A DNA stretch of 64,000 nucleotides from Polyangiales bacterium (lineage in GTDB: Bacteria; Myxococcota_A; Polyangia; Polyangiales; Polyangiaceae): NCBI GenBank assembly GCA_038231275.1, contig JBBRLQ010000022.1, positions 1 to 64,000 of the forward strand, in the 5' to 3' direction. Numbering within the stretch: the first letter of the stretch is position 1; every line of letters begins with the position of its first letter. The notes beneath the pieces were generated by a model. That model ran no database searches, was not told the DNA's origin, and was given only the letters and a program-made list of their open reading frames with translations. Below, in pieces: positions 10,842 to 20,420 of the stretch. A program made the position numbers and the translations under genes.

Positions 10842-11348
10842 GTGAACCCATCCATCCCGCTTCGTAGGAGCCTCCTCGCGTCGCTCGTTGTATCGCTGCT
10901 CGTGGCATGCGGAGGCTCTGTGGCGCCCGACCTCGGGGGCTCGTCCTCGTCGAGCGGCGGCAGCAGCAGCGGCAGCTCGGGAGGCTCGTCGTCGAGCAGC
11001 TCCTCGTCGGGCGGTAGCTCTTCGTCCTCTTCGTCCTCGTCCTCGTCTTCGTCCTCCTCCTCGTCCTCGTCCTCGTCCTCGTCTTCCTCCTCCTCCTCCT
11101 CCTCCTCGAGCAGCTCGGGCGGCGACGCCGGTAAGTGCACGGAGGGCTCGCTCGGCGATCCCTGTCCATGGGACTGCCCGTTCGGTCCGCGCGCGCGCTG
11201 CACCGGCGGCAAGTGGACCTGCCCGAAGCCCACCCCCGACTGCGACATCTGCACGGGCCCCGTTCCCTTCTGCACCTGCGGCTCAGCGACCTGCGACACC
11301 GCCTCGCAGTCGTGGGTCTGCGCGGCGAGCTGCGTCGACGCCGGCTGA
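10842..11348 (+). CDS. Lipoprotein with poly-Ser linker and small Cys-rich C-terminal domain
   Basis: Signal/lipobox SLLVAC-GG, long Ser tract, then a Cys-rich tail ending CVDAG. Confidence 0.75.
   Translation: MNPSIPLRRSLLASLVVSLLVACGGSVAPDLGGSSSSSGGSSSGSSGGSSSSSSSSGGSSSSSSSSSSSSSSSSSSSSSSSSSSSSSSSSSSGGDAGKCTEGSLGDPCPWDCPFGPRARCTGGKWTCPKPTPDCDICTGPVPFCTCGSATCDTASQSWVCAASCVDAG
10941..11117 (+). repeat. Low-complexity TCN/AGC repeat encoding a poly-Ser/Gly linker
   Basis: Direct reading of (tcgtcc)n/(tcc)n runs inside the lipoprotein ORF. Confidence 0.9.
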
Positions 11349-11382
11349 TCGGGATTCCGTCCTCTTCTCCTTTGACTTCTCC

Positions 11383-11411
11383 TTGACCCATTCTCCACAG
11401 GGTGCATAACT
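11383..11411 (+). promoter_or_regulatory. Putative sigma70-type promoter upstream of the mmsA-ureidopropionase-preT-preA operon
   Basis: TTGACC (11383-11388), then 16-17 nt, then CATAAC/ATAACT, in a locally AT-richer intergenic region. Confidence 0.35.
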
Positions 11412-11489
11412 GTCCCCTTTCCGCGCGGAGCCCCCTTCGAGGCCAGCGGGAAAATCTCGGGGAGTTGTGGGCAGTTAAGGAGCGGGAGC

Positions 11490-12950
11490 ATGCAGAAGCA
11501 TTACGTCGAGAAGGTCCGCAATTACATCGGCGGCGAGTGGACGAATTCGACGAGCAGCGAGTACGCCTCGATCACCAACCCCGCCACGGGCGACGCGCTC
11601 GGCAGCGTCCCGATGGGCACGAGCAAGGACGTCGACGCCGCCGTCGCGGCTGCGAAGAGCGCATTCAACACCTGGCGCGATGTCCCGGTGTCCGTGCGCG
11701 CGCGCTACCTCTTCGATCTCCGCAACTTGATGGAGCAGAACTACGAAGAGCTCCTCTCGATCTGCACGCAAGAGCACGGCAAGACGATCGACGAGAGCAA
11801 GGGCGACGTCCGCCGCGGCATCGACAACGTCGAGACCGCCGCAGGCATGCCCGGCATGATGATGGGCGAGTGCCTCGAGCAGATTGCGAACGGCATCGAC
11901 TCGGTCAGCTTCCGCCAGCCGATGGGCGTCTTCGCCGCGATCGCTCCGTACAACTTCCCGTCGATGGTCCCGTTCTGGTTTCTCCCGTACGCGATCGCGA
12001 CCGGCAACACGTTCGTCGTGAAGCCGAGCGAGCAGGTCCCCTTCTCGCAGCTCCGCCTCTTCGAGCTCCTCGACAAGCTGAAGCTCCCCAAGGGCGTCGT
12101 GAACATGGTGAACGGCGGCAAGGACGTCGTGAACGCCATCCTCGAGCACAAGGATATCGCGGGCGTCTCGTTCGTCGGTTCGAGCGCGGTCGCCGAGCAC
12201 GTCTACGACCGCTGCGGCGCGACCAAGAAGCGCTGCCAGGCCCTCGGCGGCGCGAAGAACTTCACGATCGTCACCGACGACTGCGACTGGGACAAGAGCG
12301 TCGCCAACATCATCGATAGCGCGTTCGGGTGTGCGGGGCAGCGTTGCCTCGCGACGAGCATCGTCCTCGGCGTCGGCCCCGCGCACGCCAAGCTCCGCGA
12401 GAAGCTCGCGGAGGCGATGAAGCGGATCAAGGTCGGCGAAGGCCACCAGCCCGGCGTCACGATGGGCCCGGTGATCAGCGCCAAGCACCGCGAGAAGGTG
12501 CTTGGCTACATCGAGAAGGGCATCAAAGAGGCCCAGCTCGTCGTCGATGGCCGCGCCTGCAAGGTCGACGGCTTCCCCAAGGGGCACTGGGTCGGCCCGA
12601 CGCTGTTCGACAAGGTCACGCCCGACATGGTCATCGGCAAGGAAGAGATTTTCGGACCGGTCCTCTCGATCATGGAAGCGAAGGACCTCGACCAGGCGAT
12701 CGCCCTCACCAACGCGCACCCGCTCGCGAACGCCGCGTCGATCTACACGTCGAGCGGCGCGGCGGCGCGCAAGTTCACCCGCGAGATCCACCCTTCGATG
12801 ACCGGCATCAACATCGGCGTCGCCGCGCCGATGGCGTACTTCACGTTCGGCGGCAACAAGGGCTCCTTCTTCGGAGACCTGAAGGCCCACGGCAAAGACA
12901 GCGTCTCCTTCTACACCCAGAACAAGACCTCGATTCAGAGGTGGTGGTAG
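11490..12950 (+). CDS. mmsA: CoA-acylating (methyl)malonate-semialdehyde dehydrogenase
   Basis: APYNFPSMVPFW, KPSEQVP, SFVGSS, GGAKN, FGCAGQRCLA, EEIFGPVL, GINIGVAAP, FGGNKGSFFGD. RBS AAGGAG upstream. Confidence 0.94.
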   Translation: MQKHYVEKVRNYIGGEWTNSTSSEYASITNPATGDALGSVPMGTSKDVDAAVAAAKSAFNTWRDVPVSVRARYLFDLRNLMEQNYEELLSICTQEHGKTIDESKGDVRRGIDNVETAAGMPGMMMGECLEQIANGIDSVSFRQPMGVFAAIAPYNFPSMVPFWFLPYAIATGNTFVVKPSEQVPFSQLRLFELLDKLKLPKGVVNMVNGGKDVVNAILEHKDIAGVSFVGSSAVAEHVYDRCGATKKRCQALGGAKNFTIVTDDCDWDKSVANIIDSAFGCAGQRCLATSIVLGVGPAHAKLREKLAEAMKRIKVGEGHQPGVTMGPVISAKHREKVLGYIEKGIKEAQLVVDGRACKVDGFPKGHWVGPTLFDKVTPDMVIGKEEIFGPVLSIMEAKDLDQAIALTNAHPLANAASIYTSSGAAARKFTREIHPSMTGINIGVAAPMAYFTFGGNKGSFFGDLKAHGKDSVSFYTQNKTSIQRWW

Positions 12951-12952
12951 CC

Positions 12953-13816
12953 ATGCCGCGCAACGTCACCGTCGGGTTGATTCAGGCAGCGACCCCGTTC
13001 GATCCGAGCTGGAGCGTCGACAAGGTCAAGAAGGCCGGCCTCGACGTCCACATCCCGTTCATCGAAGAGGCGGGCAAGAAGGGCGTTCAGATCCTGGGCC
13101 TCCAGGAGATCTTCAACGGCCCGTACTTCTGCCCGTCGCAAGACACCAAGTGGTACGACGCCGCCGAGTCGGTGCCCGGTCCGACGACCGAGCTGATGCA
13201 GACGTACGCCAAGAAATACAACATGGCGATGATCGTCCCCGTCTACGAGAAGGAGCAGGCGGGCATCCTCTACAACACCGCCGCCGTCCTCGATCACGAC
13301 GGGAAGTACCTCGGCAAGTACCGCAAGAACCACATCCCGCACACCAACCAGTTCTGGGAGAAGTTCTTCTTCAAGCCCGGCAATATGGGCTACCCGGTGT
13401 TCCAGACGCGCTACGCCAAGGTCGGCGTCTACATTTGCTACGACCGCCACTTCCCGGAGGGCGCGCGGCTCCTCGGCCTCAACGGCGCGGAGATCGTGTT
13501 CAACCCGTCGGCCACCGTCGCGGGCCTCTCGCAGTACTTGTGGAAGATCGAGCAGCCGGCGCACGCCGTCGCCAACGGGTACTTCGTCGCCGCGTCGAAC
13601 CGCGTCGGCACCGAGGCGCCGTGGAACATCGGCAAGTTCTACGGAACGAGCTACGTCGTGAACCCGCGCGGCGAGTTCCTGGCGACCGCGAGCGAGGACA
13701 AGAGCGAGCTCGTCGTCGCGACGTGCGATCTCGACCAGATCGAAGAGGTCCGGAAGACGTGGCAGTTCTACCGCGATCGCCGCCCCGAGACGTACGAGGG
13801 CATGACCAAGCTGTGA
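12953..13816 (+). CDS. Beta-ureidopropionase (nitrilase superfamily, N-carbamoyl-beta-alanine amidohydrolase)
   Basis: Nitrilase triad motifs LQEIF, YRKNHIP, ICYDRHFPE; FWEKFFFKPG. ATG 2 nt after the mmsA stop. Confidence 0.92.
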   Translation: MPRNVTVGLIQAATPFDPSWSVDKVKKAGLDVHIPFIEEAGKKGVQILGLQEIFNGPYFCPSQDTKWYDAAESVPGPTTELMQTYAKKYNMAMIVPVYEKEQAGILYNTAAVLDHDGKYLGKYRKNHIPHTNQFWEKFFFKPGNMGYPVFQTRYAKVGVYICYDRHFPEGARLLGLNGAEIVFNPSATVAGLSQYLWKIEQPAHAVANGYFVAASNRVGTEAPWNIGKFYGTSYVVNPRGEFLATASEDKSELVVATCDLDQIEEVRKTWQFYRDRRPETYEGMTKL

Positions 13817-13857
13817 GCGGCAACCCCTCGAATTCCACGCTTGCCTGAAGATCGCCC

Positions 13858-15204
13858 ATGACGTCACGCTTCCAGCTCCCGGACGACCGCGTAGAAAAAG
13901 CACTGCCCGACAAGAAGCCGCTCCTCGGCCTGGCCGAAGCGCGGGCCGAGGCAGAGCGGTGCCTCTACTGCGTGGACGCGCCGTGCATCAAGGCGTGTCC
14001 CACCGAGATCGACGTGCCGACCTTCATCAAGAAGATCGCGTCGGGCAACGTCCGCGGCTCCGCGCGCACTATCTTCGAGCAGAACCTCCTCGGCTACTCA
14101 TGCGCGCGCGTATGCCCGACCGAGGTTTTGTGCGAAGGCGCGTGCGTCTACAACGGCTGGCAGAAGGCGCCGATCAAGATCGGCCGCCTCCAGCGCTACG
14201 CGACGCAGCACGCGACCGCGCAGGGCGAGCCGGCGATGTTCACGGCCAAAAAGGCGCCGACGAAGGGGCGCCGCCGCAAGGTCGCGCTCATTGGCGCCGG
14301 GCCGGCCTCGCTCTCATGCGCGGCGTACCTCACTCTCGAAGGGCACGAGGCGACAATCTTCGAGCGCCTCGCGGTCCCCGGCGGCCTCAACACGAACGGC
14401 ATCGCGCCCTACAAGCTCCACGCAGAAGATGCGCTCCACGAAATCGAGTGGGTGCTCGATCTCGGCGTCGCGATCGAGACCGGCAAAGAGATCGGCCGCG
14501 ACATCTCGGCCAAGGATTTGCTGGCGACGTACGACGCGGTGTTCATCGGCGTAGGGCTCGGCAAGGACACGCCGCTCGGCATCCCGGGTGAGGACGGACC
14601 CTGCGTGCACGGCGCAGTGCAGTGGATCGAGCGGATGAAGACGCTCAAGAAGAGCGACGCGAAGCTGCACCTCGGCCGCGTGATCGTCGTCGGCGGCGGG
14701 AACACGGCGATCGACGTCGCCCGCGAGAGCGCGCTGCTCGGCGCCGAGCACGTCACGATGGTCTACCGCCGTGGCGCCGAAGAGATGAGCGGCTACCTCC
14801 ACGAGATGGACGGCGCGCGCAAAGAAGGCGTCACGCTCACCGGCAACACCCTCCCCCACTCGTTCGTCCGCGACGCGCAGGGCAAGCTCACTGCGCTCCG
14901 CGTCGTCACCGCGCGCGACGGGAAAGCCGTCCCCGGCACCGAGCACGACATCCCCTGCGACGCGGTGGTCGTCGCGATCGGCCAGGCCAAGCTCCGCGAT
15001 CTGGCCGCGCAGTTCCCGGGTGTCGAGGTCGACGCGCGCGGCTGCATCAAGGCGGACCCCAAGACCGGCGCGACCGGCAACCCCAAGGTGTGGAGCGGCG
15101 GCGACTGCATCAACGGCGGCAAAGAGGTCGTCAACGCGGTCGCCGACGGCCGCAACGCCGCGCGCACCCTCACCGCCATCTGGGCAACCAAGGCCAGCGA
15201 GTAG
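13858..15204 (+). CDS. preT: Dihydropyrimidine dehydrogenase, GltD-like flavoprotein subunit
   Basis: RCLYCVDAPCIKACP, CARVCP..LCEGAC, IGAGPA, VVGGGNTAID, GGDC; immediately upstream of preA. Confidence 0.92.
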   Translation: MTSRFQLPDDRVEKALPDKKPLLGLAEARAEAERCLYCVDAPCIKACPTEIDVPTFIKKIASGNVRGSARTIFEQNLLGYSCARVCPTEVLCEGACVYNGWQKAPIKIGRLQRYATQHATAQGEPAMFTAKKAPTKGRRRKVALIGAGPASLSCAAYLTLEGHEATIFERLAVPGGLNTNGIAPYKLHAEDALHEIEWVLDLGVAIETGKEIGRDISAKDLLATYDAVFIGVGLGKDTPLGIPGEDGPCVHGAVQWIERMKTLKKSDAKLHLGRVIVVGGGNTAIDVARESALLGAEHVTMVYRRGAEEMSGYLHEMDGARKEGVTLTGNTLPHSFVRDAQGKLTALRVVTARDGKAVPGTEHDIPCDAVVVAIGQAKLRDLAAQFPGVEVDARGCIKADPKTGATGNPKVWSGGDCINGGKEVVNAVADGRNAARTLTAIWATKASE

Positions 15205-15207
15205 CCA

Positions 15208-16557
15208 ATGGCGGATCTATCCACCGATTTCTGCGGCATCAAGAGCATCAACCCCTTCTGGCTCGCCTCGGCCCCGCCGACCAACACCGGCGAGCAGATC
15301 ATGCGCGCGTTCGACGCCGGCTGGGGCGGCGCGGTGTGGAAGACGCTCGGCGATCCGATCGTCAACGTCACGAGCCGCTTCGGCGCCGTCGACTACGCCG
15401 GCCAGAAGATGATGGGCCTCAATAACATCGAGCTCATCACCGATCGCCCGCTCAACGTGAACCTGGCGGAGATCCGCGAGGTCAAGAAGCGCTACCCGAA
15501 ACACGTCGTCATCGCGTCGCTCATGACCGAGACCAAAGAGGACTGGCGCGTCCTCATCCAGAAGTGCGAGGACGCCGGCGTCGACGGCCTCGAGCTCAAC
15601 TTCGGCTGCCCGCACGGCATGTGCGAGCGCGGAATGGGATCGTCCGTCGGCCAAGAGCCCAAGCTCCTCACCGAGATCACGAGCTGGGCGAAGTCGTTCG
15701 CCAAGACACCAGTCTTCGTGAAGCTCACGCCCAACACGGGCGACATCGTGGAGGCCGGCCAAGCGGCGGTGCATGGCGGCGGCGACGCGATCAGCCTCAT
15801 CAACACGATCAAGAGCATCGTCGGCGTCGATCTCGAGCGCATGGTCCCAGTACCGCGCGTGGGCAACGGCTCGAGCAACGGCGGCTACTGCGGCCCCGCG
15901 GTGAAGCCCATCGCCCTCCACATGGTCGCCGCCCTCGCGCGCGACGAGATCGCCGGCAAGGTGCCGATCAGCGGCATCGGCGGCGTCGCCAACTGGCGCG
16001 ACGCGGCGGAGTTCATCGCCCTCGGCGCGTCGAACGTGCAGGTCTGCACCGCGGTCATGCACTACGGCTACCGCATCGTGGCGGACATGATCGAGGGCCT
16101 GTCGGAGTTCATGGACCGCCAGGGCATCGCGAGCATCGCCGCGCTGCGAGGCCGCGCCGTGCCCTCGTACAAGGAATGGGGCGAGCTCGATCTCGGCTAC
16201 AAGCTCGTCGCGAAGATCGATCCCAAGACGTGCATCGGCTGCCAGCTCTGCGTGACGGCGTGCAACGACGGGGCGCACCAGTGCATCTTCACGGGCCCCG
16301 GCGAGCGCGATCGCCCGCCGCACGCGCACACGAAGGGCAAGGCCATCTCGCCGAGCCCCCTCCCCCTCGGCAAAATCGCGGGGGATCGCGTGCCGTGGAT
16401 CGACGAGCCGGAATGTGTAGGATGCAACCTTTGCCAGCTCGTGTGCCCGGTCCCCGGCTGCATCTCGATGGTGGAGCTCCCGGGCGGCAAGCACGAGACG
16501 TGGAACGATCGCGTCGCCGCCGGCACCGCCAAGGTCCCCGGCGGCATCCACGACTGA
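15208..16557 (+). CDS. preA: Dihydropyrimidine dehydrogenase, FMN/Fe-S subunit
   Basis: NPFWLASAPPT, GLNNIELI, ELNFGCPHGM, KLTPN, GGYCGPAVKP; C-terminal CIGCQLC and CVGCNLC..VCP ferredoxin motifs. Confidence 0.95.
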   Translation: MADLSTDFCGIKSINPFWLASAPPTNTGEQIMRAFDAGWGGAVWKTLGDPIVNVTSRFGAVDYAGQKMMGLNNIELITDRPLNVNLAEIREVKKRYPKHVVIASLMTETKEDWRVLIQKCEDAGVDGLELNFGCPHGMCERGMGSSVGQEPKLLTEITSWAKSFAKTPVFVKLTPNTGDIVEAGQAAVHGGGDAISLINTIKSIVGVDLERMVPVPRVGNGSSNGGYCGPAVKPIALHMVAALARDEIAGKVPISGIGGVANWRDAAEFIALGASNVQVCTAVMHYGYRIVADMIEGLSEFMDRQGIASIAALRGRAVPSYKEWGELDLGYKLVAKIDPKTCIGCQLCVTACNDGAHQCIFTGPGERDRPPHAHTKGKAISPSPLPLGKIAGDRVPWIDEPECVGCNLCQLVCPVPGCISMVELPGGKHETWNDRVAAGTAKVPGGIHD

Positions 16558-16773
16558 CGACGAGCTAGTTCGGCCGCTACTTCGGCGACAACTCCGGATC
16601 GCGAAGGATCGCGCCGTCGACGCCCCACGAAGGCTTCGCGGTAGAGCGTGCACGTCGTCGGCGCGGCCTTCGTGCAGTCCGTCCATGTGGCCCACCCTTT
16701 TCTTTTCGTACGGTAGGCACAGAACTTCCATCTGCCTACACCGTCGGAAATGATCGCCCACGGAGCTCGTCCC

Positions 16774-18045
16774 ATGAAGCCCCAGCTTTTCGCGTGTTTG
16801 TCTCTCGTGCTCGTCGCCGCGTGCGGTGGCGCGGCGTCCAGCGAAACTGGATCGGCAGACCAGGATGCGACGCAAAAGCACAAAGGCGATCACGGGGCGT
16901 CGAGCGACACCTTCCCCGCGTTCACGGTGGAGACGCCGCAGATCAAGAACAACGGCGGCGCCGTCCTCACGAGCCCGAGCATCGTCACCATCACGTGGGC
17001 GAGCGACGCGAACGGCGCGACGTACGAAGACTTCGGCGACGCGATCGGGACGACGTCGTATTGGCGCGAGGCGACGAGCGAGTACGGCGTGGGCGCGGCG
17101 TCGAGCGGCGCGTCCAACCACGTCCGCATCGCGACCGACCCGCCCGCGGCGATGACCGACGACGCCCTCGAGCAGCTCATCGCGACGAACGTGAAGGAGG
17201 CGGCGACCAGCGGCTGGCCGTCGTGGGACGATCAGAAGCTCTACGTGCTCTACGTCCCCGCCGGCGTGAAGGTCACGTCGAAGGACACCGGCAAGGACGC
17301 GTGCGACGACGCCGAGGGCTACCACACCGAGGTGCAAGCGGGCTCGAAGATGGTCGTCTACGCCATCGTGAACGAGAACTGCAAAGACGAGGGACAGTCG
17401 GTCATCGACTACGCGACCGCCGTCGCGGCGCACGAGCTCGGCGAGGCCGCGACCAACCCGCACACGAACACCGCCGAAGCGTGGGACGGCTTCGACGATC
17501 TGCACGCCGGCTACGAGCTCTTCCAGCAGCACCAGAGCGAGGACGGCGACGCGTGCGAGTTCTTCGACGACGCGTCGTACCGCCAGACCGAGGCCGGCTT
17601 CTCGTTCATGGTGCAGCGCATGTGGTCGAACGCCAGCGCCGCCGCCGGTCACGATCCATGCGTGCCCGTCTCGGGAGGCGCGTACTTCAACGTCGCGCCG
17701 CAGGACCTCGCGACGGTGGACGCACTCCAGCCCGATCGAAAGACGAAGCAGGCGTTCGGCGTGCACGTGCCGGTCGGCAAGAGCAAAGACATCGCCCTCG
17801 GCTTCTTCAGCGACTTCGCGAGCGAGCCGTGGACGATCGCCGCCGTCGAGGGCGACGGCATGAGCGCAACGAAGACGAAGCACCTCGACGTATCGCTCGA
17901 CAAGACCACCGGCCAAAACGGCGAGAAGGCATGGCTCACCGTGCACGCGAAATCACTGGGTCCCAAGCGCGGCACGCTCGTCACCGTCGTCTCCACGTTA
18001 GGAGACAAAAAACATTTCCAACCGATCCTGATTCAGACGAACTGA
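16774..18045 (+). CDS. Secreted lipoprotein with HELxE motif (EXORDIUM/Phi-1-like, possible metallopeptidase)
   Basis: Lipobox LVAAC-GG; GYHTE, AHELGEAATNP, DGDACE, VQRMWSN..A.G.DPC. Confidence 0.7.
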   Translation: MKPQLFACLSLVLVAACGGAASSETGSADQDATQKHKGDHGASSDTFPAFTVETPQIKNNGGAVLTSPSIVTITWASDANGATYEDFGDAIGTTSYWREATSEYGVGAASSGASNHVRIATDPPAAMTDDALEQLIATNVKEAATSGWPSWDDQKLYVLYVPAGVKVTSKDTGKDACDDAEGYHTEVQAGSKMVVYAIVNENCKDEGQSVIDYATAVAAHELGEAATNPHTNTAEAWDGFDDLHAGYELFQQHQSEDGDACEFFDDASYRQTEAGFSFMVQRMWSNASAAAGHDPCVPVSGGAYFNVAPQDLATVDALQPDRKTKQAFGVHVPVGKSKDIALGFFSDFASEPWTIAAVEGDGMSATKTKHLDVSLDKTTGQNGEKAWLTVHAKSLGPKRGTLVTVVSTLGDKKHFQPILIQTN

Positions 18046-18067
18046 AGCTCGTCCGACTCGACGTCGG

Positions 18068-19006
18068 TCAGTGCCAGTGGTCGAGCGGGAGGGGCGCGTC
18101 GAGATCGTGTGCGGTCTCGACCGGCGGCTGGGCGCGCGTGTTCGCTTTGTAGGTGTGCTCCTTCGCGGGGAAGGCGCCGGAGCGGACCTCCTCGACGTAG
18201 GTCTTCATCGCGGCGACGGCGGCGTCGCCGAGCTCGGCGTAGCGCTTCGCGAACTTGGGCGTGTGGCCGCGCGAGAGGCCGAGGAGATCGGTGCAGACGA
18301 GCACCTGGCCGTCGCACGCGGGGCCGGCGCCGATGCCGATCGTGGGAATGGTCACTTCTTGGGTGACGCGGGCCGCGACGTCCGGCGGCATGGCCTAGAG
18401 GACGATGCAGAACGCGCCGGCCTGCTCGAGGATGCGCGCGTCGTGGACGATGCGCTCGGCCTCTTCGTCGCCGCGGCCCTGCACCTTGAAGCCGCCGAGC
18501 GCGTGGACGCTCTGCGGCGTGAGGCCGACGTGACCTACGACCGGGATGCCCGCGCGCACGATGCGGTGCACGTGCTCCGCGACCTCGGCGCCGCCTTCGA
18601 GCTTCACGCTCTCGAACGCGCCGTCTTTCATCAGCTTGCCGGCGCTCTCGACGGCTTGCAGCGCGGAGACCTGGTAGCTCATGAACGGCATGTCCCCGAC
18701 GACGTGCGCCCCGACGACGCCGCGCGCGACCGCCCGGCCGTGGTAGCAAATCTCGTCCAGCGTGACGGGGATCGTGTTCGCGAGGCCCTGCACGACCATG
18801 CCGAGCGAATCGCCGACGAGGATCATGTCGACGCCCGCCTCGTCGACCAGGCGCGCCATCGTGAAGTCATACGCGGTGACCATCGCGATGGCGGGGCCGC
18901 CACCGATACCGCCACCTCCTGACGCGCCGTTGAGCTTGCGCGCGCGGAGTTGCGGGACGGTGATCTTGGAGCGTCGCCCGGCAGGCGTTCCAGAGTTCGC
19001 GTACAT
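18068..19006 (-). pseudogene. panB: 3-methyl-2-oxobutanoate hydroxymethyltransferase interrupted by an in-frame TAG (18395-18397)
   Basis: MVTAYDF, ILVGDSLG, GDMPFMSY, VKLEGG, GHVGLTPQ, then AFCIVL*AMP, then TIGIGAG..CDGQVLV..DLLGL in the same frame. May be a true lesion or a base-call error. Confidence 0.88.
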
Positions 19007-19149
19007 ACCGATCCTGGTCGCGGCCGGGGAAGCGTCGCGGGGCGGTGTGCCTCCACGCGCGTGATCGGTCTGCGCCTATACGATCCCGTAGCTCCTGGAA
19101 GGACCGATGGCAAGGGGGTATGCTCCTACATGGCGGCGATGTCGCGAGA

Positions 19150-19875
19150 ATGAGGCGGGATTTGCACGGAGAAGAGGCCCTGACGCCGGCGCTCGACCTG
19201 GAGCGGCATGCCCCGCGCGCGCTGCTGATCGGTCTCCTCCTCGCGGGCCTCCTTCACGCGACCGCGGTCGCGTACGGCAAGCTCATGCCTCCCGAGCCTC
19301 GGCCGCGGATGTTCCCGATCGTCGTGCGCCCGATCGAGATCGACCTCACGCCGCCGCCGGCGCCGGTCGTGATCGTTCCGTATGATCTCGAGGAGACGAC
19401 GATCGAGGTCCCTCGACCCGCCGCGACGCCGACGCCGACGCCGACTCCGACTCCGACTCCGACTCCGACTCCGACTCCGACTCCGACTCCGACCCCGACG
19501 CCGACTCCGACTCCGACCCCGACCACGACCCCGACCCCGACCACGACCCCGACCGCCGTAGTCCCCCTCCCTCCTCGGCCTCACGGTCCGGATCGCTCCA
19601 GCCCCGCGCGCCTCGGCGGCAACGTGAGCTGGAAGTGCCCCTTCCCCAAAGAGGCAGATCCGGAGATGCGCCACGTCGTCGTGCGCGCGCAGGCGGAGGT
19701 TCGGCCCGATGGGACCGCGATCGCGGTGTCCATCCTCGACGATCCGGGGTACGGCTTCGGCCGAGAAGCGCGGCTCTGCGCGATGCAGCACACCTACGTG
19801 CCGGCGCGGGGACACGACGGAGAGCCGTCCCAAGGTTTCACCGTGCCCTTCAGCGTGCATTTCGACAAATATTGA
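19150..19875 (+). CDS. TonB-like energy transducer (N-terminal TM, Pro/Thr linker, TonB C-terminal domain)
   Basis: TM ending LLH; (TP)n spacer; CPFPKEA...VRPDG...DPGYGFGREA..CA...PAR..DG typical of TonB C-terminal domains. Confidence 0.8.
   Translation: MRRDLHGEEALTPALDLERHAPRALLIGLLLAGLLHATAVAYGKLMPPEPRPRMFPIVVRPIEIDLTPPPAPVVIVPYDLEETTIEVPRPAATPTPTPTPTPTPTPTPTPTPTPTPTPTPTPTPTTTPTPTTTPTAVVPLPPRPHGPDRSSPARLGGNVSWKCPFPKEADPEMRHVVVRAQAEVRPDGTAIAVSILDDPGYGFGREARLCAMQHTYVPARGHDGEPSQGFTVPFSVHFDKY
19426..19554 (+). repeat. Hexanucleotide tandem repeat (CCGACN)n encoding a Pro-Thr linker
   Basis: About 20 copies of ccgact/ccgacg/ccgacc visible directly. Confidence 0.92.
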
Positions 19876-19940
19876 GGCGCGTCGCCCTTCCGACGTGCGA
19901 GTGGATCTCCGCTAGAGACCCCTGGTAGGGTGCCCCTTCG

Positions 19941-20420
19941 ATGCGTCGATCCTGGATGGCCTTCGCCACGTTCGCGACCCTCGCCTTCTCGGCAGGCGTG
20001 GGCACGGGATGCGATCGTCCTCCGTCGGCCGATGGCCTCCGCGAGTGGACGCCCACCGATCACGATCGCAACGACGAGAAAGAGAAGCTCCAGGCCGGCG
20101 CGCAGGCGACCTCTCAGAGGGGCGCGCCGCGTGCGCCGGGGAGCGGAGGCGGAAATGCGGGAGGCGGCGCGGCCCTCGCGGACGCGACCTGGAAGATGCA
20201 GTGCGCGCGATGCCACGGCGCGACCGGCCACGGCGACGGTCCCGAGGGACCGATGGTGAAGGCGCCCGACCTCACGAACGAGGCGTGGCAGGACAAGGTG
20301 CAGGACGCCGAGATCGCCGCCACCATCAAGGCCGGCAAGGACAAGATGCCGAAGTTCGAGCTCCCCGATACGATCGTGCAGGGGCTCGTCGCACGCATTC
20401 GCGCGTCGCGGGGGCGATGA
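19941..20420 (+). CDS. Monoheme c-type cytochrome lipoprotein
   Basis: Signal ending GVGTGC; CARCH heme motif; G.GDGP, PDLT, MPKF (distal Met). Confidence 0.88.
   Translation: MRRSWMAFATFATLAFSAGVGTGCDRPPSADGLREWTPTDHDRNDEKEKLQAGAQATSQRGAPRAPGSGGGNAGGGAALADATWKMQCARCHGATGHGDGPEGPMVKAPDLTNEAWQDKVQDAEIAATIKAGKDKMPKFELPDTIVQGLVARIRASRGR

Noticed and set aside
11391..11409. DnaA-box-like 9-mers (TTCTCCACA here; TGTGGATGA near 32073)
   Set aside because: Isolated mismatched copies, with no box cluster, AT-rich unwinding element or dnaA/dnaN context.
10631..11491. Minus-strand ORF with a poly-Glu/Asp tract
   Set aside because: It is the antisense reading of the poly-Ser lipoprotein, which has a proper signal peptide and lipobox.
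18395..18397. TAG reassignment or pyrrolysine readthrough explaining the panB stop
   Set aside because: TAG ends mmsA, preT, mtnP, xerD and rpmB at their expected C-termini; no pyl genes are in the window; the position requires Glu.
19426..19554. Tandem repeats (also 10941-11117 and about 43066-43107) as a CRISPR array
   Set aside because: Short in-frame coding repeats with no unique spacers and no cas genes.
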